A stretch of DNA of 64,000 nt from Octopus vulgaris (GCA_951406725.2 OX597818.1:74896001-74960000), one strand, 5' to 3'. Numbered from the stretch's first letter, positions 16,716 through 31,450 are shown. Notes: generated from the sequence alone by a model not told the origin. Translations and numbers: made by a program.

Positions 16716-18689
16716 GTAAACAAGATGAAATAACCCGGTTAAATAGAAACAAATCTCCAATTCACGATAATGAAAGATATGAAGCCAAAAACTTGAAGCT
16801 GAGGGTTGACTATATTAAAATTGATATTTTACTTTATCAATCCCAGAAGCAAAGGTGGCCTTGATACGACTGGGACTCAGAGCGTAAAGAAATACCGGAA
16901 GAACAACGGCTAGAAAACTTATTCAACACTCTAACGATTCTGATAATCCACCAAACTTTTCGATTTGATAATTATAAATAAGAAATCACGTTAATATTCA
17001 CCAACATCATTCCGAAAGTTAATTAAGGGCAGATCAATTACATGTTTAATATTGCGTGTAATTACAAAAATAGAAAAGGTTTTGCGAAATTCCTAGTACG
17101 CTGTTTGTATTCGTAGATTTGATTCCCATTGTGATGTTAATATACGCTCTTCAAACAGCCTTAAATTAATATAACAGTGTATACAAACATTTATAATTTT
17201 TATACAAACACAGAACGGCAGTAGCAACAATATTTTGTCTCAAAGGAACTTATGAAAGTGACTTTTGAGCTTAAACACAGGCCTTCACTTTGAAGACCGG
17301 TGGATCACCAAACACGGTACTTTGACTTTATTATCTCTCCTAAGTGGCCATTACCCTGGATATTTTGAGCTAAGACAGTAATAGTCGTTCTGATATAGAA
17401 ATCATTAAACACAAAATTTTAGTTATTTATGCGAAAGCTAATCAAGCTAGTATTGAACTAATGTAGGCAATTCAAAACAGGCTGAGATTAAAATCTCGGA
17501 GTGTATATACAAACGTTTAGCAGCAGTGACATTTTTTGAGTGAAAAACTTCTCAAAAATACTTGTGTATTAAAAACACAGGGTATCGTTTCAAACTCTGG
17601 TGAATCACCAGACATGGTGTTTCGATCCTATTTAGTCCCTTCAGGGACGAATGCCCTGCACGTTCTGAGCTAAGTCGAAAAATAGCTGTTCTAATTATTG
17701 TGGATCTTGGCATTTGACTGGATAACCAGAACGACAATTCTGCAACATTGAATCCTCATCACTTGAATAATGCTTCTGTGCATTCTGTACTCAAGTTGAA
17801 CAGACCATTGAATAACCACCAATTTCTTACATGTAGAAGATGGTATGTTCTTGTTACATACGACGATGTATGTATAATTTTCTCAGCCATGGAACGTAAT
17901 GTGAAGAACGCTGCTTAACGACATTGGATTTTTCAGAATAATTAGAGTCTCGGGAAAAACCTCTGAGACAATAAATGGTGCTTCGTCATTTCAGTTGAAA
18001 GTTTTCTGTGGTCAGCTTTGCATCTCATTCATGAGGGGTCGGAAAAATATTATACAATAAAGTACACATACGTTTATTTTATATTTCTAAAATCTACCCA
18101 CACACGAGCGAATTGGTCAGCTCGTGAGAGTAGAGTGTCTGGCAATATTTCTCCCATTCTCTTCTCCCTGAGTTCAAATTCCACAGAGGTATACTTTACT
18201 CTTTTATCTATTCGTAGTCTATATAAGAATACCGGATGAGGACGGTGGATCGAAGGAATTGTTACTGAGTCGGGGGAAATGCTTTAAGATATTTCTGGCT
18301 TTTTATGTTCTGACAGCAACTGCCGTATAGAAATTTGTACCAAGGTTTATCAGCTCAAGCCGGTGGTATTTCACGAAGATAAATATCAATGGCAAGGAGC
18401 TGTGATACTTGTATATGTGGTTAACTATTAGTTTTCCTCAAAGCATTTTGCTTAGTCCTATACATACATGTACAGAGACAGGGTCAACTTTGAGCGCTCG
18501 ACGCTTTAATGACCATCGTAAAGATGAATGACATTATGATAGAATATAAGGATACCTGTGTGTATAGAGTTACAACAGTAACAATATGCCCTAGGATAAC
18601 GTGCTCCATAAGTAGTTGTCACTCTAGTTACTGGTATTCATCGAGTAACCACCCGCTACCACCATACATTTTAACTGAAGTGATCTTTT

Positions 18690-19005
18690 GTTGTTTCTTC
18701 TATTTTCACGGGTGAAGATCCGCATATCTGAGGCGTTATTCTCCACCGATGGGAAAGTCTCTCTAAATAGCCTGGACAAAGATTTGATTTGTGTTACTTT
18801 GAAGGTGTATTAAATTACTCGTTCAACACGCTTCCTCCAAATCATCAATTTTCTTCAAGGCAATGCCGAAACTGATGCTCTAGCACAAGCGTCGTCGCAA
18901 CCTTTGTTCACAGAACGCAGAGTTCCAGAACACAGATGCCGTAATGCTTCTCGTCAGATAATAACATCTCCAGCAAACAATCTTTGGACTAGCACATGGT
19001 AATAC
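18690..19005 (-). mobile_element. Decayed RTE-like RT fragment
   Basis: Minus strand reads LVQRLFAGDVI...DDACA..FGIALKKI, like the RTE motif (IRDLLFADDCAL...FGLTISLKKT). Confidence 0.45.
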
Positions 19006-19009
19006 CTGC

Positions 19010-19063
<54 letters not shown>

Positions 19064-19309
19064 GATGATGTTTTCAAATTCCGTCAATGGCGACTTTGCC
19101 CTTCATTCTTTCGGGAGCGATAGAAATAGGTACCAGTCAAGTACTGAGGTCAGTGTAACCCACCAACCCCTCCCACCAAAATTTCAGATCTTCAGCCTAT
19201 AGTCGAAAGAATTGTTTTTTATCCTTTCGATAAAATAAGTAGCAATTGAACACTGAGGTCGATACAATCCACTAAAGACTGCCGGCCTTGAGCCAAAATT
19301 TGAAAGTGA

Positions 19310-19385
<76 letters not shown>

Positions 19386-19789
19386 TCACTGTAAGAAACA
19401 GTTATTTTATACCTCATATGTAATCATACCTGTGCCTTAAGATCTACAGCAGTTCAACCTTGCACAGGTACCGGCTTCTATCTTTATCATTACTGTCTCA
19501 TTACAAGAAATAGCATAATGCTCTTTTTTTCCTCATGGGAGAAATCAAAATCTATGCATAATGAAACACCTGTTGTGCCACACAATAGAGCGTTAAAGTA
19601 CCTCCGTACCTAGCAGTTTTGTATAGCATAACTAATACATACATCAATGTTGAAAAAAGCCAACGCTGTGTCTTGTTACAAGCAACAGTGAAGACGCGAT
19701 TCTTATTGGTTGAATGACATATATGTGTGTGTGTATGTATGTATGTATATATATATATATATATGCTCATACATACATACATGTATGAA

Positions 19790-19930
19790 GAAGAAGTTAC
19801 TCCAAACCTAAATAATGATACAACAGATGAGAAGACCTATATTGGATTACTGGATTACGTAAAGGAGAATTTTATAATCCCTATGGCAATCACATAGTCT
19901 CCTTCCGACTTAAGGGCAAAAGCAAAGCTT
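19790..19930 (+). pseudogene. PLE GIY-YIG endonuclease fragment
   Basis: EVTPNLNNDTTDEKTYIG...GNHIVSFRLKGK resembles the PLE K.YIG.T...FK.R..NH..SF motif. Confidence 0.45.
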
Positions 19931-20111
19931 TTGGTATTGACTACAGGTAACGATACTCTTCATGTTGGGGTAGCAGCTTTATGATAATTTCACAGGACGC
20001 CTATTAAACATTTTCCTGTATCTGTGATTTGCTGGGCAGTGTTTGTCTCGGAGAGACGGGAATTTTTTACATGTATGTGTGCGTATTCATAAGACTATAT
20101 ATGTATGTATA

Positions 20112-20168
<57 letters not shown>

Positions 20169-20278
20169 TTCAGAATGGTCATTTTGCCAGTTTAGCCAAT
20201 AAAAACACACGCACTATATATTTGGTGTTATTTTGCTTCAGTGTTATTTATTTTTTACATTAATCTTAATCTTATTTC

Positions 20279-20323
20279 GGCTAGAGTTCTTTCGTCACAC
20301 TCCTGTGACCGCATCAGTGGTCC
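20279..20323 (-). ncRNA. Minimal type-I hammerhead-ribozyme-like motif (probably mutated)
   Basis: Minus strand: CTGATGC-G-GTCACA(GGAG)TGTGAC-GAA-AGA(AC)TCT-A. Stem II is a perfect 6 bp and stem III is short. A9 is changed to C and stem I is poor. Confidence 0.45.
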
Positions 20324-22131
20324 TTTGTTTTCTTCTTTCTTATTTGTGTCTCTCCTTACTAACCGTCAGCCATTTTGTATTTCTATTGTATGTCTTCATT
20401 TGCGCATGCTTATATCTCTATGTGCGCCTATGTTTATTTAGTGTGTGTGTGTGGGGTGCATGTAGTATTTGTATCTTCTGTTTATATACGTTAGTGTAAT
20501 TTGTCTTTGTTGTTGTTGTTTTTGTTTATTCTTATTTTTTTCATGTGTTTACATCCACTTATTATTATTAACATTACATATGCTTGTATGTATGTATAAC
20601 AACAATATTATACATAAATATTCACATGTATTTACGCTTGTATCCACTAACATTTAGATACAGGTACATACTTTTACAGGCATACATGAACATGCATGTA
20701 CACATGTACATACTAACACATAAATATATATGTGTGTGCGTGTGTGTGTACGTGCATGTATGTGTATATGTGTTTGTGTTTGAACAAGATATATAGATGC
20801 ATAAACTAATGGCCACGTTAACAGACGTTTGTACGTATCTCATGTACAAGTGTATAGATACATATATATATATGTGTGTGTGTGTATGTGTATGTACACA
20901 CGCACACACATGTGTGTCTGTATATATATATATATAAATATACTAGTACCTGTATAGTCGCATGTGTGTCCGCACATGCGCAGTTTTATACAAATTCAAA
21001 AGGTGTTATTACATGTAATTTAGCCTCATCCAGTATAAATGAAACTACAGGAGAAAAGCATGGTATATGAATGCGCATACATATAACAATGTATAGAGAG
21101 AGAAAGAGAGGAGGAGAAAGAGTTAGAGAGACTGATGGATGAATATATAAATAAACAGATAGGCAGATAGATATGTAATTACATTTACACACGCACACAC
21201 ACACACAGACACATTAACACACATACACACACACACATATATATATAATAACGAAGGCGGTTATATGTACAATAAGAAAATTTTCAGTTCTCACTAATTT
21301 TCACTGACGGTGCAGAGTAGAACCTATATTGCTAGAAATATAAGTCAAAGTCCCTGCCACGCATCCATTTCCAAGTAATTTTATCTTAATCTTTTTCATG
21401 CGACTCTACTATATACTGATTTTCTCTCCCATCTTTTTCTCTCTCATCCTTCCTCTAATTCCGTTTTTCTCCCATTCACCGCTTTCTATCTGTCTCTCTT
21501 TCTCTCCTACACTTTCTCCTGTTCCCTTTCTCGTTGCTCACACGTGACCATCGTCCATCTTTCTTTCCCTCACGTGACCATCTTTCTCCTCTTTTAGAAC
21601 TGTACTAAGGACTGGACTATCCTGTCTCTCTGTTCTACCTTTTCTCTTATCAAAGAAAATATTTCTCCAGCGTTCGTTATTTTAACCTCGTTCTGGTCTA
21701 ACGACACTCCATGTTTGTTTTCGTTAGGTTTCCTTGTATGCCTCCACTGTCCTGTTTTTGTTCCCAAGTTTGACCTTCCATAAATCCCAAATATATATAT
21801 ATATATATGCATATATATAGATATATATTTTATAAGTATATGTGTGTGTGTTTGTATATCCATGTATGTGTGCATGTATGTACGTATATGAATATGTAGG
21901 CTGGGAAACAGTAACGTACAAAATCCACTTTGGTTTACCAATTCCCAAATTGTTTCCCTTAAAATAGAAGACACACCACGGGATGGGAACTATTTTCTTC
22001 GTATTTCTGAAACGACGTTAATCACGTTTCTCTAGGAGTGCATTTATTGTCATACATCGTATTGTTACTAGTCATGTAGAGATTTCCTTTACTTAGAAGT
22101 ATTTCATAAATACTGTGTATGCATGTATATA

Positions 22132-22186
<55 letters not shown>

Positions 22187-22283
22187 ATGTGTGTGTGTGT
22201 GTGTGTATGTGTGTGTATCTGTGTGTGTCTCTGTGTGTATGTGTTTGTGTATATATATATGTATATATATATATGCATTGGTA

Positions 22284-22342
<59 letters not shown>

Positions 22343-23144
22343 ATGTATGCATGTATATATAGAGAGAGAGAGTGAGAGAGAGATCCTATATATGTGCGTA
22401 TATATGCCGTTGTACTTACACGCAGCCGCACACTAAAAGTAATAGTCAATTTCTTTTATTTCATTTTGGAATTAAGACGTGAGAATTTCCATTTTATTCC
22501 GTTTTGTCTCTTATATTTGGATTCTATAATGTAAAACCATTCTGTTATGTCAACACTAGAATTTACTTCTCCAGGCAATCAATATATAAATTCTTTAACA
22601 ATGAATTCATGAACAATATTAGAAATAGTCCTTTCTTTTCATCAAACACATTTCCACCTTTATGCATGACTTGTATTGTTTTCGTTTAAACAGACCTGCA
22701 CTTCTTATAATAATCTTGATTTCTCACATAAAATAGTCTCAGGAACTAAAAATCAGACGCTTGATATATTCGATTATATTGAACTTACTACTTAGCTTGA
22801 ACTTATTTTATTGATCTGGCATCGACAGGATTCGAAATTAGAACCTAAATATTTCTAACTACATATTTTAATATATTTTCTTCAAAGCTCCTTTTATAGT
22901 AAAAAGCCCGTCGACTCTAATACGTTAATGCAATTCCTTATCGATGCCACTCTATCAATGGAATGAAAATGTTAATGCCTTTTTCCGTTGAAAATGATGA
23001 GAGTAAATCTTAATTCAGCGTGTGTGGCACTGCTTTCCTAGCCAGCTTTCATTAATTTTGTTTAACCGTAAACTAAATTTCATATCAGATTCTTTCATAT
23101 ATATTGAACAGCTCCACAATGTTTTTGCAGGAAAGTATTCAGCA

Positions 23145-23554
23145 GGGTGGCGAGCTAGCAGAATCGTTAGCACACCGGGCGAAATGCTTAGCGGCATTTC
23201 GTCTGCCGCAACGTTCTGAGTTCAAATTCCGCCGAGGTCGACGTTGCCTTTCATCCTTTCGGGCTCGATAAATTAAGTACCAGTTACGCACTGGGGTCGA
23301 TGTAATCGACTTAATCTGTTTGTCTGTCCTTGTTTGTCCCCTCTGTGTTTAGCCCCTTGTGGATAGTAAAGAAATAGGTATTTCGTCTGCCATTACATTC
23401 TGAGTTCAAATTCCGCGAGGTCGAATTTGCCTTTCATCCTTTCGGAGTCGATTAAATAAGTACCGGTTACGCACTTGGGTTGATGTAATCGACTTAATCC
23501 CTTTGTTTGACCCCTCTATGTTTTGGCCCCTGTGAGCAATAAAGAAATAAGTAT
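23145..23554 (+). mobile_element. SINE family B with internally duplicated body (dimer-like) and 11-bp TSD
   Basis: Head GGTGGCGAGCTAGCAGAATCGTTAG...GAGTTCAAATTCC. The body is repeated from about 23378. TSD AGTATT(C/T)AGCA at 23134-23144 and 23555-23565. Confidence 0.9.
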
Positions 23555-24299
23555 AGTATTTAGCACCGAGAAGATCAGTCAATATCATTTTAGATATGAT
23601 TGGAACACAAGAGTGTAATTAAAAAAACTATATGTGAAAGCAATTAAAATATTATTTTATCGCTTCTACCAACTTGTTACCATAAAAAATCCGGGGCAAC
23701 GATACTGTTGCTTGACGTACCAAAATTAGCCCCTAAATATCCACAGCCTACAATTTTAGAAGCATGAAGGTAATATTGAATAATGTGGTACTTGATTTAT
23801 TCTGCTACAAAATAAAACCGGATTGACATGGCCCAACCAGTTTCAATTAGAAGACTTCCTAATTCACCGTTGATCTGATATGAAATAGCATCAACAAATT
23901 CTTCCACTGTGTGTTAGTAATATACTTGTCGAGTTGATACAGTAACCGGTTAGCCTCAAATTGTATAGAAAACACAGTGTTTAATTGGTAAGGCCACTTT
24001 CCAGAATTCAGCTTACACTTAGGTCAATCACTGCCAGAAGCAATAAATTTATAGAATTAAACTACAATGATATACTTCGGTAAAATTGAATCAGTCAAGC
24101 GGGAATAATAAAGATTGAAGTGGCAAAGCGGAGAGACCTATTATTTGATATTGACTTTCAAATTTATAGATGGAGAAGTATCACCATGGTTTCTTTTCTT
24201 CCGCACTAACCAAAAATAGCACCCAAATATCCTTCAAGTTACACATAAATATCTTGCATAGGGAGGATATTTTGAGCAAGGTAGTGAGCCTCCAGCTTT

Positions 24300-24650
24300 T
24301 CACCTGTTTGATGAATAGCCATTAGCTTTCTCCTTGCTGCGCCACAAGAATTGGTTTGAGAAGGTCTAAGTAGCTGGTATACGATCTGATTATCCTTTCT
24401 ATTGGTTCAAATTATCAGCCTTCTGATGGTCCACATGACCACCTACAACCGTGTGGTTCAAGAAGAATTCCAGTTCATGATGACAGAACTCATCGTTTTT
24501 CAATCGGAATTTAAATTATGAATAGTAATCTACTTTAATTCTGGAATCCCATTGGTATATTAAATTCTGGGTGTAAAATGCTGAACTCCGCCAACAGGAA
24601 ACTTTTGGTACTAGAGAAGTAACAAAAATTCCATTAAAAACAACTGTTTA
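24300..24650 (-). pseudogene. Possible decayed Ty3/Gypsy RT fragment
   Basis: Minus strand FRLKNDEFCHHELEFFLNHTVVGGHVDHQKA resembles the Gypsy RT L...KC.F....LEFLGH.V...G motif. The match is weak. Confidence 0.3.
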
Positions 24651-25867
24651 CTAACCTTCAGTATTGAATACTCATATGTATGTGCGTGTGTGTGACTTTG
24701 TGTGTGAGTCTGTGTGTGTGAGTGACTCTGTGACTGTGTGTGACTCTGTATGTGTGACTCTGTGTGTGTGTAACTGTGAGTATGTGTGACTCTGTTTGTG
24801 TGTGTGTATGTGTGTTTATGTGTGGTTCTCTATACATTAGAACAGAAATATGAACGAATGTGTATAAATGAATATGCTTTATGTATGTATGTGTATATGT
24901 ATTTGCTTATGCTTTCACGTACATGTTTATTTGTATTTATGTGTACGTTTATATACGCGTAATTTGTACATTTTATACCTTTGTGGCGGTATATGTATAC
25001 ATGCATACAAATATACATGTATGTGTATGTATGTGTGTATATATATATATATATTTGGATATACGCGTATATATACATATAAACACATATATATGTAAGT
25101 ATGTATATTTGTATATGAACATACGTGTGGCGTATGTACATACACATTCTCCGTTTTTTAAACTTTGACCTGGGTCACTCTGTCCCACGCTTCCTCCTTA
25201 ACCACTTTCAGGATATAACCCCAAGTCAACATAGAATTCTTTTTATTTTACCTCTCTCTCTCACCAGTTGCAAATTTATCTTCTCTACCGTTTTATCACT
25301 CACCCTATTTCTGCTCCCATAACAATTTATTCTGCGTTAAATCTTCTTTGCAGCGGTTCAACATAAGCGTAATTTATTATTCTACGTATGTCATAGTACA
25401 CAGCCTTAACAATATTTTACCTTCTATACAACTGCCTGAATTTATTGACTGATTAATGAATTTAACTTATGTGATCTTGTCAAGCACAATTAAATCTCTT
25501 TTAGTACTTCTTTTGTTATTTTAATAACTCCATCTTCTTATAATTGCTTAGATACCCATCACCAAACCTTTCGAATATCTCTATATAGTTGGATTCATAA
25601 ATTTTGGACCCGTGTTTATTTAATTTACTAAGGTTATGACGAAAGCGTTTCATTATATAATCGATATCATATAATCGATATCACATTACTCACTTCCATG
25701 TTATCCAACTTATATGACTTGTTATCCATGCGTTACTGAAACAGTTGTAAACTGTGGAATAGATGTGATACCTACAACTCCCATCTTCACTTGTTACACA
25801 CAAAAATACATATATACATATACACACACACACACACGCACGCTTGCACACACATTTGCACACCCAC

Positions 25868-25929
<62 letters not shown>

Positions 25930-25937
<8 letters not shown>

Positions 25938-26766
25938 CCAAAAGTCACTATGCACTTCCTTTTTTCTATTTTGTTTCAGGTATCATTCGGAGAGATGTGA
26001 GGCCATCAGCATTTGACACCTTAGACTTTGCAGTTTTTGTAAGTGTATCATTCCCTTGCTCATGGCTCGCCGATTGACGTTAATACAGCATTGCAAAATT
26101 GAAGCCTGGCAACACGTTTTTCAGTCCCCTACTGCAGTTCATCGCAGGTTTGAGAAGGTTTATGGCCATCACACTGCTGCAACGTATAGCCTAATTTCTG
26201 CCAACCATAGCACGTTTCTCGAAAGAGGATCTGCTCTTGACAAACTATGCAACAGAAAGCCTACTACTATCACCATTCATGAAAACACTGAACTTCTGAG
26301 GTAGGCGTTCACGAAAAAGCCAGAGGAAGTTTATCAGGAGGACTACACTGGAACTTAGCATCAGCAAAAGCTCGATTCAGCAGATGCTTCGGAGGTTGTT
26401 CAAAGGCTTTAAGCGGAAGATTATGATGCTTATGAGGAAATGTATGAATCAGCCCTCGACCATTAACAAAACGACTCACAGTTCTTGGAAAACTTACGGT
26501 TCAGCGATGAGTCTATTTTTCATCTCTCTTGTAGGGTAAACCGACACAATTGTCGAATTTGGGAAAAATCAAAGCCAGCAGAAATTCTCGAATCTGAACG
26601 AGACTCTCCGAAGGTGGTGGTATGGTGTACCATGGGCAAGAGAATGATACACTTACAAGAACTGCAAAGACTAAGGTGTCAAATGCTGATGGCCTCACAT
26701 CTCTCCGAATGATACCTGAAACGAAATAGACAAAAGAAAGTGTATAGTGACATTGGGGCTACCCTG
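25930..26766 (+). mobile_element. Internally deleted Tc1/mariner-superfamily element (DUF4817-type HTH N-terminus) with ~136-bp TIRs
   Basis: 25930-26065 is the reverse complement of 26630-26766. ATG 26062 begins MARRLTL...SPTAVHRRFEKVYG, followed by FSDESIFHLSCRVNRHNCRIWEKSKP...ERDSPKVVVWC. The right end is CCCTG-TA. Confidence 0.85.
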
Positions 26767-27186
26767 TATATATGGTGGTTAATACCGGTCAGGGAGTTAC
26801 CAATAGTTTGGCACTGATGATGTTGTTAGCGTAATAGGCGACGAGAAAGACAGACTGACAAGAAGCCATTTGTTTCCCTACTATTGGAGGTAGTCATATA
26901 ATCATGGTCAGTCAAGTTTGGAAATAAATATCCCGAAGCAAAGTTCACATTTATTTAACCGGCAAACTCCTCACAAACTATTACTCAGAGTTTTACGTTC
27001 TCGTTTCACGAACTGAAACGTGAAACTCTGAGTAACAGTTAGTGTAGACTTTAGCAGCTTTAATGAAAGCATATTACTGAACCTTCGGTAATCGAGTACT
27101 CTTTTCTACCTCACTTTGCATTTATGTGCTTACCAGTTAATGTACGTGTGTGTATGTATATATATATGTGTGTGTGTGTGTGTATG

Positions 27187-27252
<66 letters not shown>

Positions 27253-28560
27253 CATTACTCCATGCTATATGTGAAGTAACGACGAAAATAGAAGGATAGC
27301 AGTGACAGGTCACATCTATTACTTTCGCTATAAGTAATCTATATTGCAAAAGTTTTATAACCAAAGGTATTATATGATATTACTGCCTTCCAAAATGTTG
27401 AGAAATCTTAATGAAAAGTTCCTTGAAACTTATAAAAGTTGGGTTAAATGTAGTAATTTCTTCGAATCATGCAATAACTATCAGCATTGTATGGTCCGCT
27501 ATATCTAGGGTAAGGTGTCAACCACCTGCTTGCATTTTGACTATCTTGCGATAATGGATATATAAAAATAAAATGTCACCCGCAAAATTGAAACTCGGAT
27601 GTCCATTAAAGATAATTAAGAAGGCATAATAAAATTGCAATTAGAAGCAATGTTCCAACATTACCTTATCTGTTAGGTTTGTAAAGAACTAACGAAATAA
27701 ATATCTATATCAAAAGTTTCTTCTCTTCATTATCAGAAATGTTTTCCTGCGCTAATGGATGTTTTTCAGTTGTTTACCGTTTAGTGCTTGCTTTTAAAAT
27801 TGTAGAGAAATGCTTAAATATGCTTGTGTAAATATATGCGCTGACTACAGCCGTTATTCACAAGAAAGTAACATCATTTGTAGCGTACACCATGTTTTCG
27901 CTAAAGGGTCGGATGCCCATGATATTGCGACCATTTAATCACATCTTTAACCAGCGGAATATAAGAGATATGACAGCTGTAAGCAAGCGTGTACACCGCA
28001 CCAGACCGTGGCTTGTGATCATTTAAGCCAAGTTATCTGAAGCAGTGTGTAATGAAGTTTCTAGCTCCATCCTTAAATCGACTCTACGCCTTTATGATCG
28101 GGATGGCCATCCTTAACAGCATATCACACGACTCTACTGTTATATAGATAAGGCTATATGCAGAGATGCGTGTGAAGGCTTCTATGAATACACACATGTA
28201 TCATATATGTAAGTGTTGCAAAGTATAATAAAATCTATTTCAAATAAAGCAAACCTCGGTATAATATGTGTGTGTGTGCGTGCGTGCGCGCACGTTTAGG
28301 AAAGGACTTCCATTTGTTTGTTTTTAAAAGCCTTCAATATAAAAGTTAATTGATGCAATGATACGGGGCTACCGTAACCCTCTTACATATTAAGTAATCA
28401 GATTTAAATACCGCTTTCTGGTGTGAAGCTTTTAACCATAATGAATTTTCTAGCCATCGTAAAGCAATGGTAATCACATATGGCGCCTGACCAACAATAT
28501 ATATATATACGTATATGTGTAAATATATGTATATATATTAACTTCTGTTTTTATGTAAAG

Positions 28561-28688
<128 letters not shown>

Positions 28689-28843
28689 TTATGACGTTAA
28701 ACTGAATTCAAGAATCAATACATTTCAGTAGTATGTTATATTACTTTCCTTTCCCAGGGGAAAGGCTGATAGTTACTTCGAAGCTTCACCTTCGTAGCCG
28801 TCAGTAGATAGTATAAACCGGAACTCATATATATATATATGTA

Positions 28844-28892
<49 letters not shown>

Positions 28893-29524
28893 ATATGTTT
28901 GTCTAAATGCATGTGTATAAATTTAACTCTGTGTATGTATTTATGTTTTTACGTATCCATGCGTAAGGAGCAGCTTTTGATTTAGACATGACATATTTGA
29001 AACACGACTCTGACCTAAGTTGCTTTTTTTTCATATCTACATCTACGCCTTCACTTCTTTTAACAGAAAGAAGTTCCCAAATACTTAGTGGGTTGTTGAT
29101 GTCTGCAATGCCCCATCAATAATTGGCCACTTTGTTGATTCAGAATCTGCCAGAATTTTTCTGTTGGGATGTTAGAGTTTCACATCATTAGTTTCGTATT
29201 TTGGCCGTTAGAATTACCTAACATCAGTGTCCTAATGAATTACACTTCCTCGCTCCCTTTACTCAATGTTAAAACATAATCCCAGAGAAATCAACGCTGA
29301 TGTCCAAATAAAATATCTTTGTCACTCTACTTTTCCTGTCAATATACTACTCGCCCCGGCGTTATTTCGTAAATTCAAAAATGATCCTGAAACTGAAACA
29401 TTACTGTTATTTTGATATTTCATTACTAGACTAAATATAGTATTCATATGTGTGTGTATGTGTGTGTGTGTGTATGCATGTATATATGTATGTATATATA
29501 AATATACATACAAGCATACATACG

Positions 29525-29635
<111 letters not shown>

Positions 29636-30825
29636 GGAGATAGATATGTATGTATGTATATACGAATATTATGAATTTCCAATAATTAATAAGATTGAGA
29701 TATTATTATTCAGTTTGCAGTAATTACCAAAATCTGATAAATAGGCAATTATCTTACTCACTGAATCTAATTTAGGTTAATTTATGGCTGAGAAAGCTTG
29801 AATACGTCGAATTAATACGAAAATTTTCGCAAGGAAAGGATGCGGAAATTCACCGACATATGAAACTGATCCAGTGGTGAATATATATTATATATGACAG
29901 AGAAAAATACACCAGAATGCAGTCAAGTCTATAAAAAGTTTCTGAGAGAAAAACCGCGGTCACAAATAGGAAATTTATCTTGATAAAAATGTGGTACAGC
30001 TCGTCATCGCCGGGACATACGGAGAAATAGAAAAAAAGGCACTATGGACACAGACTTTCTCTACCCTTGTCAGTTATCGAATGAACATTATCGTTATTGA
30101 CTCACGATATGGAATCAAGGCAGGATTGCATTAGCGAATGATAGTTATTGTATTGAAACTCGTATAAAACAGGAAACCTATGATAAAGGAAAGATACATA
30201 GTATTCCACTAACAGAGCTTAATTAAGTATTCGCTTCAAATTTTGGTACAAGATCAGAAAGTTCGAAGGTTGGGATAAGTCGATTGGCACTTATTTTATT
30301 AACCTCGAAAGGAGGAAAGGGACAGTCGACCTTGAAGACGGATGAAATGCCGTTAACCATTTTGAAAGCTTCCAAAGCACTTAGTTAAATATTGAAACAA
30401 TTGTTTGTAATTTAGGATCAAATGTAAAATTCTGAGACAAGAAAACTAGTTGACTTATATTGACCTCAATATTTGAATGGTACTTTGTGTTATCGATCCC
30501 TAAACGATAAAGGACGAAGTTATTTTCGATTTGAACTCACAGAGTAAAGTATAGGATTAAATATTCAAAGTCAGTTTAACCTATCGTTAGTTTTAGCGAT
30601 TCTACCAGCCCACTATCTTTCAATTTGGTACAATACCTATAAATTTGAGATGAGAGGCCAACATTATCACATCCCCAATAGTTCGTGACTTATTTTATCG
30701 ATCGCAAAAGGATAAGTGGTTAGCCTAGGTGAGATTGGAGATAAGAATGTAAAGATTCGTTAAAAAAGTACAAGTCAATTTGTCCTCAGCTCTAAAAATT
30801 CTGTTAATTTCCTACTCTTTTATAG

Positions 30826-30827
30826 TA

Positions 30828-30885
<58 letters not shown>

Positions 30886-30936
30886 TGATGATGATGATGA
30901 TAATAATAACGATGATAATAGTAATAATAATAATAA

Positions 30937-30992
<56 letters not shown>

Positions 30993-31000
30993 ATAATAAA
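30826..31000. repeat. Compound (TAA)n/(TGA)n/(TAG)n trinucleotide array
   Basis: Directly visible. Similar arrays occur at 19010-19070, 19308-19385, 32893-33045, 33281-33360 and 48720-48815. Confidence 0.95.
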
Positions 31001-31227
31001 TGCCCTGGTACGGTACTAGACTGGCTATGCCCTGATGCAGTGCCAGACAGTGGCCACACCCTGATGCAGTACTAGACAGTGGCTCTCATGGCTCCTGGTC
31101 TTAACTGATTGGAGATGTTATCATGTACATGGTTTTGTTTTGGTATAAAAGATGGGCTACAGCAAATATTCTGCTCAATACCACAGATTTGCATGTCAGT
31201 TGTTTGACCTTAACCAGTTGACCGTTC

Positions 31228-31450
31228 TGTAATAAAACACAGACATTTAAATGGATAAGGTTTTTTTCTAAGGATCTTCTGGATTCTCTGAGACATGGTT
31301 CTCTTGGGATATTATCTACAAGTTTCTGGCATCCCTTTTTTTTATGATACTTAGGGCAACTACAACAACAGGAAAAGTTTTCGTTTTATATTTCAATTTA
31401 CAGGTCCTTATATTTACTTAGCTTGTCAAATTCCTTGACAGATATATCTT
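31228..31450 (-). repeat. Inverted copy of the R4/Dong LINE 3' segment at 33721-33942
   Basis: Reverse complement matches 33721-33942 with about 2 differences by eye and shares the same in-frame stops. Confidence 0.9.

Noticed and set aside
28765-28810. Additional hammerhead-like candidates (also about 9425-9455, 21303-21350 and 39130-39200)
   Set aside because: They have two or more core mismatches or no credible stems, so they cannot be distinguished from chance without family consensus sequences.
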